Shown here piece by piece: positions 26,338-35,231 of a stretch of 42,755 bases of DNA (the first letter of the stretch is position 1; every line of letters starts with the position of its first letter). A program made the translations under genes and the position numbers. Origin of the DNA: a virus. Location: positions 1-42,755 of the IMG/VR virus record IMGVR_UViG_3300045970_000415; one strand, given 5' to 3'. Below the pieces are notes generated by a model. It worked only from the letters and a program-made list of their open reading frames with translations. It was not told where the DNA came from and did no database searches.

Positions 26338-26372
26338 GCCCTCACCCTAAATGTAATCATTTGGGTGAGGGC
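26338..26372 (-). promoter_or_regulatory. Strong intercistronic stem-loop between the capsid genes and the connector genes
   Basis: GCCCTCACCC (26338-47) pairs with GGGTGAGGGC (26363-72), extended by AAATG/CATTT. No T-run follows, so it is more likely an RNA stability/processing element than a full terminator. Confidence 0.5.
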
Positions 26373-26388
26373 AAGTAATAGTCAGCGG

Positions 26389-27000
26389 CTAAACAAGGTA
26401 ATACACATCCACAGCAGTCCCATTCAAAGAACTGTTGAGGTCAACCGTATTATCTTCCACAGCGGCCGCAGAGACCGTCACTGTGGGAGCAGTGCCTTCC
26501 TTTGTGTTTCCAAGGTAAGCGAACAGCACGGTGTTATGAGACAGCTTGCTCGGCAAACCAAGTTTTTCGCCAAAGCCGATCTCAGTGGTGGCGCCAGTAC
26601 CATCGTGAGCTGGGAGTGTGACTGAAGTCACGGTCTTGAACGCCTTTGAGCCTGCCACGCTTCCAGCAGTATTGACTGTGAACGCGGGCAAGGTTTCCGT
26701 GATGATTTCGCCAGCTTCATTCGTGCCCTCAACGATCACCTGCACGGCTTTGATGTCGCCAGCGGTCCCGCCAGCAGTCGCGGTGATATTGCGTGCCACG
26801 CTCGGTTGCGTGAAGCCTGTTTCGATCACCTGCTCTTCGCCAGTATCAGTTACGGCGGCATGCACACCATTGGTATCCGCTGCGGTTGCTTTGACGGCGC
26901 TCACCTGAAGATGGGCAATGAAAGCCTCGTCAACAGTCACACCTGGGGCATTGGTTTGCAGTCTTTGGCCTGCGCTTGGTTTATGGGGATAAAGAGACAT
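26389..27000 (-). CDS. Structural protein downstream of the major capsid gene (possible head decoration or fibre)
   Basis: 203 aa, Thr/Ala/Gly/Val-rich beta-type sequence. Position only. Confidence 0.45.
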   Translation of the reverse strand: MSLYPHKPSAGQRLQTNAPGVTVDEAFIAHLQVSAVKATAADTNGVHAAVTDTGEEQVIETGFTQPSVARNITATAGGTAGDIKAVQVIVEGTNEAGEIITETLPAFTVNTAGSVAGSKAFKTVTSVTLPAHDGTGATTEIGFGEKLGLPSKLSHNTVLFAYLGNTKEGTAPTVTVSAAAVEDNTVDLNSSLNGTAVDVYYLV

Positions 27001-27010
27001 GTGAATCTCC

Positions 27011-27973
27011 TTATCCGGTCAGAACTGCAAATGGGAAACCAGTGCCGCTGTCCAAACGAGTTACAGGCTTGGGCAGCGCCACGCCAATACGCATCACCGC
27101 GCGCAAGGCAACCATGTCTTGTTGTGCGAGGTTGTAAACGATCGCGCCAGTGCCATCTTGAATCACGGCCTGATCCAAAATCTTGAAGGTCATATCCTGG
27201 CGTGCTGAATAAACCAATTTGTTCCACTGACCGCTCATCAATTTATAAGTTTCATCGACCACACCATTTTCAGGAAAATCAATTGGTGAGCCATCGAGCA
27301 GATATTGGGTGGCTTCCTGCATTGAGTTCTTGAAGATGGGTTTCCCATCGGCATCTCGTACATTGCGAAGCTTGCGCATGAACGAGATTGGTGCAACGCT
27401 TGCAGACACACGGTAGCCCTTGGATTCAACTTTTCCGAACAGGCCAGATGCTTCTGCGTCCGTCTCGCCCAGGATCGCTTCATACAAATCTTGATATGAC
27501 GCGAGGGAAATCAAATTGCCAGCCGCGGTCGCTCCTGCAACCAGGCCTGCCCCGCCCAAATTGGTTGTCCAGCTTGCGGGAATATTTGTTCCATAAAACA
27601 CAGCCGCATCGAGCACACGCCCAAATTCCTCGATCAACGCGTTCTTTACCTCGCCCCAGATGTCATATTTGGCATCAGACAACACAGCTTCAGAGATGGG
27701 CACAATTGCCGCGATTTCTTCCGCGTCAATATATTTGTTCGCCCATTCCATCTTTGTCGTTTGCTTCAGCCCGGTATCGCCATTGACGAAATAGGCGGAA
27801 GCCAACGCCGAAAGAACTGGCATACGAGTTTGATTGGTTGGCATGTTCGCAAGTTTGCGACCATATTTCAGCGTCATGCTGGAGCTATAGACCGATCCAA
27901 GAATTTCGCTTGAAACATTTTCCGGGATTAATGCAGACGCATCGTTACGGGAAATAACACTGTTGTACGGCAT
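27011..27973 (-). CDS. Major capsid protein (HK97-fold type)
   Basis: 320 aa, directly after the scaffold gene, with sequence character typical of capsid subunits. Confidence 0.8.
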   Translation of the reverse strand: MPYNSVISRNDASALIPENVSSEILGSVYSSSMTLKYGRKLANMPTNQTRMPVLSALASAYFVNGDTGLKQTTKMEWANKYIDAEEIAAIVPISEAVLSDAKYDIWGEVKNALIEEFGRVLDAAVFYGTNIPASWTTNLGGAGLVAGATAAGNLISLASYQDLYEAILGETDAEASGLFGKVESKGYRVSASVAPISFMRKLRNVRDADGKPIFKNSMQEATQYLLDGSPIDFPENGVVDETYKLMSGQWNKLVYSARQDMTFKILDQAVIQDGTGAIVYNLAQQDMVALRAVMRIGVALPKPVTRLDSGTGFPFAVLTG

Positions 27974-28000
27974 TTTTTTTCTCCTTAATATTTAATCTTA

Positions 28001-28567
28001 TTATTTACTGCCTGCAGCTTGTCGAATGAAATCATTCATCGATTTAGGTACAGGCAAAGCTTCAGTTCCATCACCCGCGTTTCCCGCAGGCGCTTTCTTG
28101 CTTCCAAACAACTCGGGGTAATTGCTCTTCATCTCAACGAAGTTCACATTCCCTTTCTTATCGAATAGGCCTTCAGTGGAAGCCAAAATGAAAGCCAGCT
28201 TCAAATTCGTCACGCCTGCCGCATGGGCATCCTCATAAAATGCTGTCTTGCGGTCTGCGGACTCGATCTGCTCCGAAAGCAAGGTCAGTTGCTTCTCAGT
28301 TTCCGAACCTTTCTCAGCCTTCGCCGCCAGGTCTTTGATCTGCTTCTCGAATGCTTTGCGGCTCTCCCGCTCAGATTCCAACGCAGTTTTCAAACCTTTG
28401 GTATGGTCTTGCAGCAAATTTTTTACCGTGTCATCCTGCTCGCTGTACCAGCCATCAAAGTTGAGTTCTCCTCCACTGATAGTGGTATTGGCATCGCTGG
28501 CTGATGCAGACGCGGATCCACCGCCTGCATCATTTCCATCCAAAAACAAATTTATTTTTTCGAACAT
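28001..28567 (-). CDS. Capsid scaffolding protein
   Basis: Start MFEKINLFLDGNDAGGG at 28567, preceded by AAGGAG. 188 aa, charged and helical. The track start at 28690 would overlap the MuF gene. Confidence 0.6.
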   Translation of the reverse strand: MFEKINLFLDGNDAGGGSASASASDANTTISGGELNFDGWYSEQDDTVKNLLQDHTKGLKTALESERESRKAFEKQIKDLAAKAEKGSETEKQLTLLSEQIESADRKTAFYEDAHAAGVTNLKLAFILASTEGLFDKKGNVNFVEMKSNYPELFGSKKAPAGNAGDGTEALPVPKSMNDFIRQAAGSK

Positions 28568-28593
28568 CTCGTTCTCCTTTTTTGGCGTCTCGC

Positions 28594-29571
28594 CTACAAC
28601 TTTGAAATCGGCGTGGGCACAAACTTCCCGCCCCACACCGTATTTTCCACATGGTTGCTCATATCGCTGAGCGACGCCCCACTTTTCCAAGCATCGAATC
28701 TCGCTTGACCCAGAATGGATACTTGAGTTTCAGCATTTTGCTTCTCGAACCATGTCGATCCTGTTTCCCAGGTTGGCTCTGTTGCGCCGCGCACTACAGG
28801 GATGATCTGACATCGCCCATTTGGATGCTCTGAAAATTCTTCAGCTGTATCGAAAATCTGGCCATCCGAAAATAGACAACCAAGACAAGTTGTGTCATCC
28901 TTTGTCGCCATCCGCTTATATTGCGTAACTACTCCGCTGGCTTTATATTGTTCCAAAGATCCCGTTCGATACGAGCGCATGATTTCTGTTCGCGAGATGG
29001 TCATGGCTCTCTCTAAACCAATTCCAAAACCATCAGCCATTGCCTGTGCGATTTTGACAGGGTTGTTTCCTTTGGCTAAACCATTCAATAATTCACTCAA
29101 GATCCCGTTCACAGCCTCGCCATAACTCTTCATCAACAAATTACTCAATGGACTTCCATCTGCTGAAAATCCGATCATCGCATCCAATGCGTTCACGTTC
29201 AACTTATTGAATGTGACACCAAGGCCAGCCTCGTATAAGCCTGCCTGTAAAACCATAAAAGCATTATTAATTCCGAATACCAGGTTTTGTTTTTGCAAAT
29301 TATTTAAGTTTTCACCCAGATAATCCGCATACTTTCCAAACTCCGCACGTGCCTGGTACATCAAAGTCTGAAAGTGTGTGTTCCGCAGGATCATGGCTTC
29401 TGTGACAAGAGTTTCTTCACTCATCGCAGCGGCTGTTTTTAACATTTCCGCTTCAAGCTCCTTCTCTATACTTAGCCAGCGCCGCGCCATAAGCTTCATT
29501 TGCACGCCTTCCCGCTCAAGCAGTTTTTGTTTTTGTATTTGGACCAATCGCACGACTTCTGATTTATGCAT
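28594..29571 (-). CDS. Head morphogenesis protein (SPP1 gp7 / Mu F-like minor head protein)
   Basis: ISRTEIMRSYRTGSLEQYK...TKDDTTCLGCLFSDGQIF...EHPNGRCQIIPV. Confidence 0.8.
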   Translation of the reverse strand: MHKSEVVRLVQIQKQKLLEREGVQMKLMARRWLSIEKELEAEMLKTAAAMSEETLVTEAMILRNTHFQTLMYQARAEFGKYADYLGENLNNLQKQNLVFGINNAFMVLQAGLYEAGLGVTFNKLNVNALDAMIGFSADGSPLSNLLMKSYGEAVNGILSELLNGLAKGNNPVKIAQAMADGFGIGLERAMTISRTEIMRSYRTGSLEQYKASGVVTQYKRMATKDDTTCLGCLFSDGQIFDTAEEFSEHPNGRCQIIPVVRGATEPTWETGSTWFEKQNAETQVSILGQARFDAWKSGASLSDMSNHVENTVWGGKFVPTPISKL

Positions 29572-29809
29572 GGCGTCTGTTTTCCTCGAAGAAATCGATC
29601 GCCTCTTCGACGCAAGTAATGATCGTCATCTCCACACAGCCTTTCTCCAGCCGTTGCACTGCATACAGCACATCTGGGTCAGGTGCGCCGAACATTCGGA
29701 AATAATCGCCTGCATATCTCACACCCTCGATCACGATCACATCCCCTGCTTCCCTCTCGATCGAAACAGGCTTCTTCACATCATGCGGCAAAGTTTTTAT
29801 AAAATTCAT
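29564..29809 (-). CDS. Hypothetical protein
   Basis: 81 aa, with an ATGA overlap with the portal stop at 29806-29809. Confidence 0.5.
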   Translation of the reverse strand: MNFIKTLPHDVKKPVSIEREAGDVIVIEGVRYAGDYFRMFGAPDPDVLYAVQRLEKGCVEMTIITCVEEAIDFFEENRRHA

Positions 29810-31200
29810 AATTGCTGCACCTCCTGTTGCGCGCTCTGTTGCGAACTCTGTTGTGCGCTAGTCTCCTGACCTGCGCCGCCTTGAGCATTGAACCGCCTCT
29901 CCGCATTCAACAACGAACTCGCCAGCGACGTCTGCTTCCGGCCGTCCTGCTCTTCCATATCCTTCAGCATCTTGTCGATGTACGCCTGGCTCTTGCCTTC
30001 ATCTCTCAGCACTGTCACCAGCGGCAACCCCGCGTTCACATTCAGCTGTCTTGTCTCTGCTTCCGTCCGCGGCTGGATCGTCTCAGGCTTATCGAAGATC
30101 GGCATCACATCCGCAGGCTGTACAGTCTCACCTGAAGCCTTCAGCATGAACAAAGCCACTTGCTTCCAAACAGGTGCGAACCTGTCCACGCGGTCCTGTG
30201 CCTTCTTATTCAGCGGGGCTTCCATCGCGATCAATGCCTCGCCTGAAAGATTGCTTCCCACCGAAAAGAAATAATGCTTCGGCGTGCGCGTGATACTGCC
30301 CAGCGCCGTGGCCAGGTTGTCGATGCTGTTCAAATAATTCTCCAGCTTCGCCGCCTCAAATTGACCCGTCTGTGTCTGTTGACCAGTTCCATCGCCAGCG
30401 GGCAAGTCCCAGATCTCCTTCGGGGATACTCTCAGCTTGCCTTGCACCTCGGCGTTGCTGATCACATACCTCTGCGGGAAAGCCATGAACTCCGCCGTCA
30501 CCATCATGTCCGTCAATAATTTATTGATTCCATTCTGGATCGGGATCACGTTCTTCAGGTCGCTCTTCACCTTGCGCTGTCCCAGCCGATAATGGAAAAC
30601 GGGCACTTCACCAAATGGGTTTTCAGCAGCCGCTTCTTTCCCTGGCAAAAACGATTTCACATCCGACACATTGCTCGCCTTGTTTTGCGTCTTGTAATAT
30701 TCAAGATGGTCCACATAGTACAGCGTCATGTTCAACCGCTCATCGTCGCTCGTCCACATCTTCGCCGCAAACTTCTTCTTGCGCGGTTCGCTTTGTTCAT
30801 AGAACAAATGGATCAATCGCGGATCGTTGTGATAACCCTGCATCACGCCGTCTTCGTCGGGCCACGCAATGAAATAACCTTCGCCTGCTACCAGCGCCGC
30901 CTCATGTACATCGTCGCTTTCCAGGCTGATCTCGCTCGCCTCCCAAATTTCCTTCCATCGAGTTTGACCGCCGCCGCTCACCTGGATCTCGCGCAGGTTC
31001 ACGCGATCGCGCGCACTGTCCACCACCACCGAACACCAATTCTCCGCAAAGTACGCATCCAGATCCTTGAACACTTCCTTCAAACGGTTCGCGGTATATA
31101 CCAACGGCTGATCACCGTCGTAATAATTGAACAGCATCGTATAAGGAATTTGTTTTGCAGTAATGGTTTTGAATGCGAGTGCCAGATCTTGTATGCTCAT
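29806..31200 (-). CDS. Portal protein (SPP1 gp6-like)
   Basis: 464 aa, immediately downstream of TerL, with a Gln/Ser-rich acidic C-terminus. Confidence 0.8.
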   Translation of the reverse strand: MSIQDLALAFKTITAKQIPYTMLFNYYDGDQPLVYTANRLKEVFKDLDAYFAENWCSVVVDSARDRVNLREIQVSGGGQTRWKEIWEASEISLESDDVHEAALVAGEGYFIAWPDEDGVMQGYHNDPRLIHLFYEQSEPRKKKFAAKMWTSDDERLNMTLYYVDHLEYYKTQNKASNVSDVKSFLPGKEAAAENPFGEVPVFHYRLGQRKVKSDLKNVIPIQNGINKLLTDMMVTAEFMAFPQRYVISNAEVQGKLRVSPKEIWDLPAGDGTGQQTQTGQFEAAKLENYLNSIDNLATALGSITRTPKHYFFSVGSNLSGEALIAMEAPLNKKAQDRVDRFAPVWKQVALFMLKASGETVQPADVMPIFDKPETIQPRTEAETRQLNVNAGLPLVTVLRDEGKSQAYIDKMLKDMEEQDGRKQTSLASSLLNAERRFNAQGGAGQETSAQQSSQQSAQQEVQQL

Positions 31201-31246
31201 GGTTTGCCTATGTCATTGCGAGGGCGATAGCCCGAAGCAATCTCCA

Positions 31247-32809
31247 CTATCCTTGATAACTTCTCACTTCTTTTTGCGGCCTGCGCAGCATCGTCAACAA
31301 CTTGCTATACGCGCCGCTCGCCGCATCCACCTGATCGTCATACTTGCCGCGGTCGAATGCCACACACTCATCAATGAACGCCTCATTCCATGCGCCCTTC
31401 AGCAGAAAGATCATCGCGCCCTGGAACGCACTTTCCATCGGCTCCGAACGTGTCGGTTTATCACCTGACACAGTTTCGAACTTCGCAGAAAATCCAATCA
31501 GCAAACGGTTCGTCGCTTCCGCCGAATCCTTCCCAGCTGAGCCAGGGTCTTGTTGATGCCAGGTCGCAACCTTGCCGTACTTCTCGCGGTCATCCTCGGC
31601 GGTTTTCTTCATCTTCATATCGCGTTCGTACGAACTCCACTGCCCGCGCACAACATCCAGAATATAGAAAAATCCATCCGAACCATAAGCCATCAACACA
31701 CCAGCCGTATAATCGCCATGGGTTGAATTTGCCTTGTCCCACAGCCGCACTATGAACCTGATCGTCACACCCTCGGGTATCATCGTCACGGTCCTGAACC
31801 ACTCACGCCTGTATTTCTGACCGCTCTTCGGAAATGGGCTTTGTTGATAAAGTGCCTCGAAGTCATACACGCCCAGGCTTGCCCTTGTCCCGATCAACCA
31901 ATCTGTCCCGTAGGCGCTCGGCCAAAGCGGTTGTCCAGCCTTGCGTCCCAGCGCATCCTTAAGCGGCAAAAACACACCATCGCGCATTTTCTTTTGTTGC
32001 TCGTCCACATCCACTGGGTATCCATCCAGCGCCAGTGCAGGCAGGGATATTATTTCCCATTGATCCGCCAGCGGGTCCGTCAGCATTCGTTGCATCAATC
32101 TGCCTGAAAAATCGTCAGGGTGCCAGCGTGTGTGAAAAACAACCACCGCCGCGTTCGGGCGCAAACGGGTGCGCGCTGAACTGCGATACCAATCATCCAC
32201 CAGGTCACGCCGTCCCTCGCTCTCTGCCTCTTCCCTGTTTTTGAAAGGATCATCCACGATCAACAAATGCGCAGGCAAACCAGTGATACCGCCGCCCACG
32301 CCCGCCGCCTTCACTCCGCCTCGGTAGGGCCGTGCCAGGTCCCAGCTTTCCGTCGCCCGGCTATCGCTCGAAAGTTCCACAGGATGGATCTTCGCGGACT
32401 TGCTCCCAAATAACGCCTGGTACTCACTCGATAAAACCGTATCGCGGATAAAACGGCTGTGCCTCGTCGCAAGGTCCACACCGTAGGATGTCAAAATAAT
32501 TCGGCTGTCAGGCAGCAATCCCAACAACCACGCTGGAAAGTTTCGGCTCGCCAGCTGGCTCTTCCCATGCTGGGGCGGCATCATGATCATCAAACGTCCA
32601 ATGCCCTTGGCTCCGCCGCTCGCAATATACAAAGCCACCTGCTGCAATTTCGCCGCCAGGAGTTGAATATGTGCGGGCGTCTCATAACGTGGATCAATGT
32701 ACTGGCAGAACGTCAAAAAATTCTGCCGCGCATTCTGACGCAGCGCGCGCTCTTCCTTCGCCTGCCGCGGCGTCATATCCACTTGCGGGTTTATCAACGC
32801 AGGCAACAT
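31247..32809 (-). CDS. terL: Terminase large subunit
   Basis: MMPPQHGKS (Walker A), LLIVDDPFK (Walker B), and a C-terminal nuclease region with FYILDV...DDQVDA. Confidence 0.9.
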   Translation of the reverse strand: MLPALINPQVDMTPRQAKEERALRQNARQNFLTFCQYIDPRYETPAHIQLLAAKLQQVALYIASGGAKGIGRLMIMMPPQHGKSQLASRNFPAWLLGLLPDSRIILTSYGVDLATRHSRFIRDTVLSSEYQALFGSKSAKIHPVELSSDSRATESWDLARPYRGGVKAAGVGGGITGLPAHLLIVDDPFKNREEAESEGRRDLVDDWYRSSARTRLRPNAAVVVFHTRWHPDDFSGRLMQRMLTDPLADQWEIISLPALALDGYPVDVDEQQKKMRDGVFLPLKDALGRKAGQPLWPSAYGTDWLIGTRASLGVYDFEALYQQSPFPKSGQKYRREWFRTVTMIPEGVTIRFIVRLWDKANSTHGDYTAGVLMAYGSDGFFYILDVVRGQWSSYERDMKMKKTAEDDREKYGKVATWHQQDPGSAGKDSAEATNRLLIGFSAKFETVSGDKPTRSEPMESAFQGAMIFLLKGAWNEAFIDECVAFDRGKYDDQVDAASGAYSKLLTMLRRPQKEVRSYQG

Positions 32810-33510
32810 TATTCTTCTTCCTCACCACTCTCCCCTAACTGCAAAGCATTTGGGGGAGACGCCCGAAGGGCAGAGGGGTCCAGATCTACCTTCAACTCCT
32901 GCGCGCCCCGCTCCAGCATCATCAACGTATCTTCATCCGTATCCGCTGCACTTCCGTCCGCCTTGCGCTTCAACACAGCCGCCAACTGCGTCAACGGCAC
33001 ATAATCGCCGCTCATCTCTAAAAATAATTTCAAATGATTGAAGAACTTATAGTCACTGCCTGCGTTCTTCATCCCATCGATCAACCCCTTGAATGCATCC
33101 GCGCGGTATTCCCACAGCTCCGAAGATTGCAGCACTGCGATCATCGTATTGATCGCCGCGTTCTTCTTGCGCCACGTACTGATTGCCCGATCGCTGGTCA
33201 ACTGTAAATATTGCGTTGCCAATTCCTGTTGTGTCTTTGGCATCCGTCCGTCTTGCGGCATCGATGCCCAGGCAATATAAACTGCCTGTCTCCACGGCCA
33301 TCCGCCCCCCATCAACAGTTCAAAACGCTCGAACCATGCTGGCTGTTTCTCATTGCCCTTCAAAAGAATCAAAGCTGAATGACCCGCAACGGACCGCATC
33401 CGCGCTTCCTCAATGGAAACGCCGTCGCACTCGACCTCAGGTAATTCCAGGTCAAGCGCGATCTGCTTATATTCATCGTGCAATTCAAAGTTCGGTTTTG
33501 TAACAGGCAT
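32809..33510 (-). CDS. Terminase small subunit-like DNA-binding protein (paralogue of 36494..37111)
   Basis: 233 aa, TAATG-coupled to terL. Conserved block GGGWPWRQAVYIAWASMP...LTSDRAISTWRKKN. Confidence 0.65.
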   Translation of the reverse strand: MPVTKPNFELHDEYKQIALDLELPEVECDGVSIEEARMRSVAGHSALILLKGNEKQPAWFERFELLMGGGWPWRQAVYIAWASMPQDGRMPKTQQELATQYLQLTSDRAISTWRKKNAAINTMIAVLQSSELWEYRADAFKGLIDGMKNAGSDYKFFNHLKLFLEMSGDYVPLTQLAAVLKRKADGSAADTDEDTLMMLERGAQELKVDLDPSALRASPPNALQLGESGEEEE

Positions 33511-33518
33511 AATCTCTT

Positions 33519-34004
33519 CTACTTCTTACCTAGTTGTTCGGGCAGTTGACCCGTCTGCTTTTTTATGTCTTCAATATCCGTATGATGACTCGCCAGCATC
33601 TCTTCGATTTTCTTCTGATTTTCAGAAAGCATTTCAATTTGCTTTTGCTTTTCTTGGCTTTCGATCCTTTGTATCGTCAACTCTCTCTGCAGCAAAACCT
33701 TCTCTTCATTCGAAATACTCAGTTTCGCCTTAAGCTCTTCCCGTGCCTTGAGCAAATCGTTGTTCTGCTTCATCATCGAATTGGTCTGCTCTGCGCGCAA
33801 GTTCTGGTTTTCGATATTTAATCGTTCGGTTTCTTCTACAAGTTTCCGCACTTCCGCCTTGTCTTTTTCCGAATCACTCAGCAGTTTTTTTGTTTCGGCC
33901 ATATTCTTTTTCTTGACGGCCAGCAAACCAAACAACAGACCCAAAAAGGTGAATATTCCGCCTTCCAAAACTTTTACAATAATTTCATACAGCATGGCAT
34001 TCAT
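33519..34004 (-). CDS. N-terminally membrane-anchored coiled-coil protein
   Basis: GGIFTFLGLLFGLLAV followed by about 120 aa of heptad-like charged sequence. The ATG shares a base with the HD-GYP stop (TGATG). Confidence 0.6.
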   Translation of the reverse strand: MNAMLYEIIVKVLEGGIFTFLGLLFGLLAVKKKNMAETKKLLSDSEKDKAEVRKLVEETERLNIENQNLRAEQTNSMMKQNNDLLKAREELKAKLSISNEEKVLLQRELTIQRIESQEKQKQIEMLSENQKKIEEMLASHHTDIEDIKKQTGQLPEQLGKK

Positions 34005-34570
34005 CACATCACCATCTGCCTGAACGTTGCATAGATCGCCGGATCAAATGAAGTGCCGTTTTCTTTATCCATTTCTAAAAGCGCCTCATCTTTTGTATAA
34101 GCTTCACGGTATGGTCGCTCGCTGGTCATCGCATCGAAACAATCCACCACCCGCAAAATGCGCGCGCCCAAAGGGATCACGTCGCCTTTCAATCCGTCTG
34201 GATACCCTGACCCGTCCCAGTTCTCATGGTGGTGACGGACATTCCTCTCGATCGCAGGATCGAAACGAAACTTCGCGATCAACCTCTCTCCCATATCTGC
34301 ATGGCTGCGGATCATGTTGGTTTCCGAAGTGCTCAACTTAACTTTGTTCAGCACATGCTCGGCGATCAAGATCTTCCCAACATCATGTAACTGCGCGCTG
34401 TAGGTCAACAGCTCAATATCCTCTGGCGCCAACTTCAACTCCAGGGCTAATCCAATGGCTAATTTCGCTGCACGCTTTTCATGTCCATCCTCATAAGGAT
34501 CGCGCAGCTGCATGATCACCTCCGAAAACTCGATGATGATATGAATGCGATAGCGATCCTCATTGTCCAT
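34004..34570 (-). CDS. Standalone HD-GYP domain phosphodiesterase (cyclic-dinucleotide hydrolase family)
   Basis: HEKRAAKLAIGLA...LHDVGKILI...HHHENWDGSGYPDGLKGDVIPLGARILRVVDCFDAMTSERPYR. 188 aa with no sensor or receiver domain. Confidence 0.85.
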   Translation of the reverse strand: MDNEDRYRIHIIIEFSEVIMQLRDPYEDGHEKRAAKLAIGLALELKLAPEDIELLTYSAQLHDVGKILIAEHVLNKVKLSTSETNMIRSHADMGERLIAKFRFDPAIERNVRHHHENWDGSGYPDGLKGDVIPLGARILRVVDCFDAMTSERPYREAYTKDEALLEMDKENGTSFDPAIYATFRQMVM

Positions 34571-34588
34571 GGGGTTATTCCAGTAATG

Positions 34589-34927
34589 TTATTTCTTCAA
34601 AAGTCTGACTGCGACATTGTCAAGAACTTTCTTCAGCAAGGCGTTATAGATCAAAGTTGCCAATGCCACCACAGGCCCAAGCAAAGTCAGCAATGCTGAA
34701 ATATAGGTGATCAACGCGGGCACAAATGCGGCCAGATCAACGAATGGAGGAAACGCAGGGAACGCGGGGGCATTCCATGCATATGCCAGCAAACCTGAGA
34801 TCACATACACCGCAACTGTCAACCACCCGCGGTTGATCTTGACCTTCGCCTTCACCAGCAAATTGACCGCATAAACGATCACCGTCGCTAATACTGCCAG
34901 CGTGTATAGTTGAATTTCAGTAAGCAT
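34589..34927 (-). CDS. Multi-pass small membrane protein, first gene of the late operon (holin-like by position)
   Basis: Start MLTEIQLY at 34927, preceded by AAAAAAGGAGACACG. About 3-4 hydrophobic helices and a basic C-terminus. Confidence 0.55.
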   Translation of the reverse strand: MLTEIQLYTLAVLATVIVYAVNLLVKAKVKINRGWLTVAVYVISGLLAYAWNAPAFPAFPPFVDLAAFVPALITYISALLTLLGPVVALATLIYNALLKKVLDNVAVRLLKK

Positions 34928-34948
34928 CGTGTCTCCTTTTTTGGCAAC

Positions 34949-34986
34949 AAAAAAGCGCTGTCGTGACATTACGTCACGACAGCGCT
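34949..34986 (-). terminator. Strong Rho-independent terminator 13 nt upstream of the late-operon RBS
   Basis: Minus strand GCGCTGTCGTGAC-GTAAT-GTCACGACAGCGC (13-14 bp perfect stem) followed by TTTTTTG. Confidence 0.75.
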
Positions 34987-35042
34987 CATCTTGTCATAGG
35001 CGGCCTCGCCAATTTGCTAGGCCTGCAGGTAAATTTAGTTGT
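34949..35042 (-). ncRNA. Predicted ~95-nt terminated leader transcript (lambda 6S-RNA-like) or small RNA
   Basis: The interval between the predicted TSS of the 35076 promoter and the terminator has no ORF longer than 3 codons. It contains an internal GGCC...GGCC hairpin. Confidence 0.4.
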
Positions 35043-35048
35043 AGGAAA

Positions 35049-35076
35049 ATTTTAACATTAACTGAGTCAATGTCAA
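35049..35076 (-). promoter_or_regulatory. Near-consensus sigma70-type promoter with an extended -10 (candidate late promoter)
   Basis: Minus strand TTGACA (35076-35071), 16-nt spacer ending in TGT, TAAAAT (35054-35049). AT-rich UP-like tract upstream. Confidence 0.65.
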
Positions 35077-35092
35077 GAGTTTAATTAAAATG

Positions 35093-35129
35093 AAAAGCGC
35101 CGGGGTGAGGGGGGCACCTCGGCGCTTTT
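35093..35129. terminator. Bidirectional terminator-like hairpin after the methyltransferase operon
   Basis: AAAA-GCGCCGGGGTG-AGGGGGG-CACCTCGGCGC-TTTT (one G-T or A-C position in the stem). Confidence 0.55.
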
Positions 35130-35231
35130 CAAGTTCAATTATAGAATCTTTTCGCTAAAAGTCAACTATCAATTTGATCTCGATCTCCTTTATTTGATAT
35201 GCCATTAGTAGGCCGTAGGAGTGCCGGGAAG

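Noticed and set aside
30592-31230. Long plus-strand ORFs embedded in minus-strand genes, such as 30592..31230 (212 aa), 25050..25592, 32459..33004, 39517..40017, 6068..6565 and 10728..11297. The same applies to minus-strand ORFs inside the serine recombinase gene (10061..10597, 9344..9793).
   Set aside because: They are Arg/His/Leu/Ser/Pro-rich, lack RBSs, and sit fully inside genes with recognisable family motifs on the other strand. This is typical of antisense shadow ORFs.
31201-31246. Small imperfect hairpin (TTGCGAGGGC-GATA-GCCCGAAGCAA) between the terL and portal genes as a terminator
   Set aside because: It has a short interrupted stem and no T-run, and it lies inside a tightly coupled morphogenesis operon. 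It is probably incidental or only a minor RNA structure.
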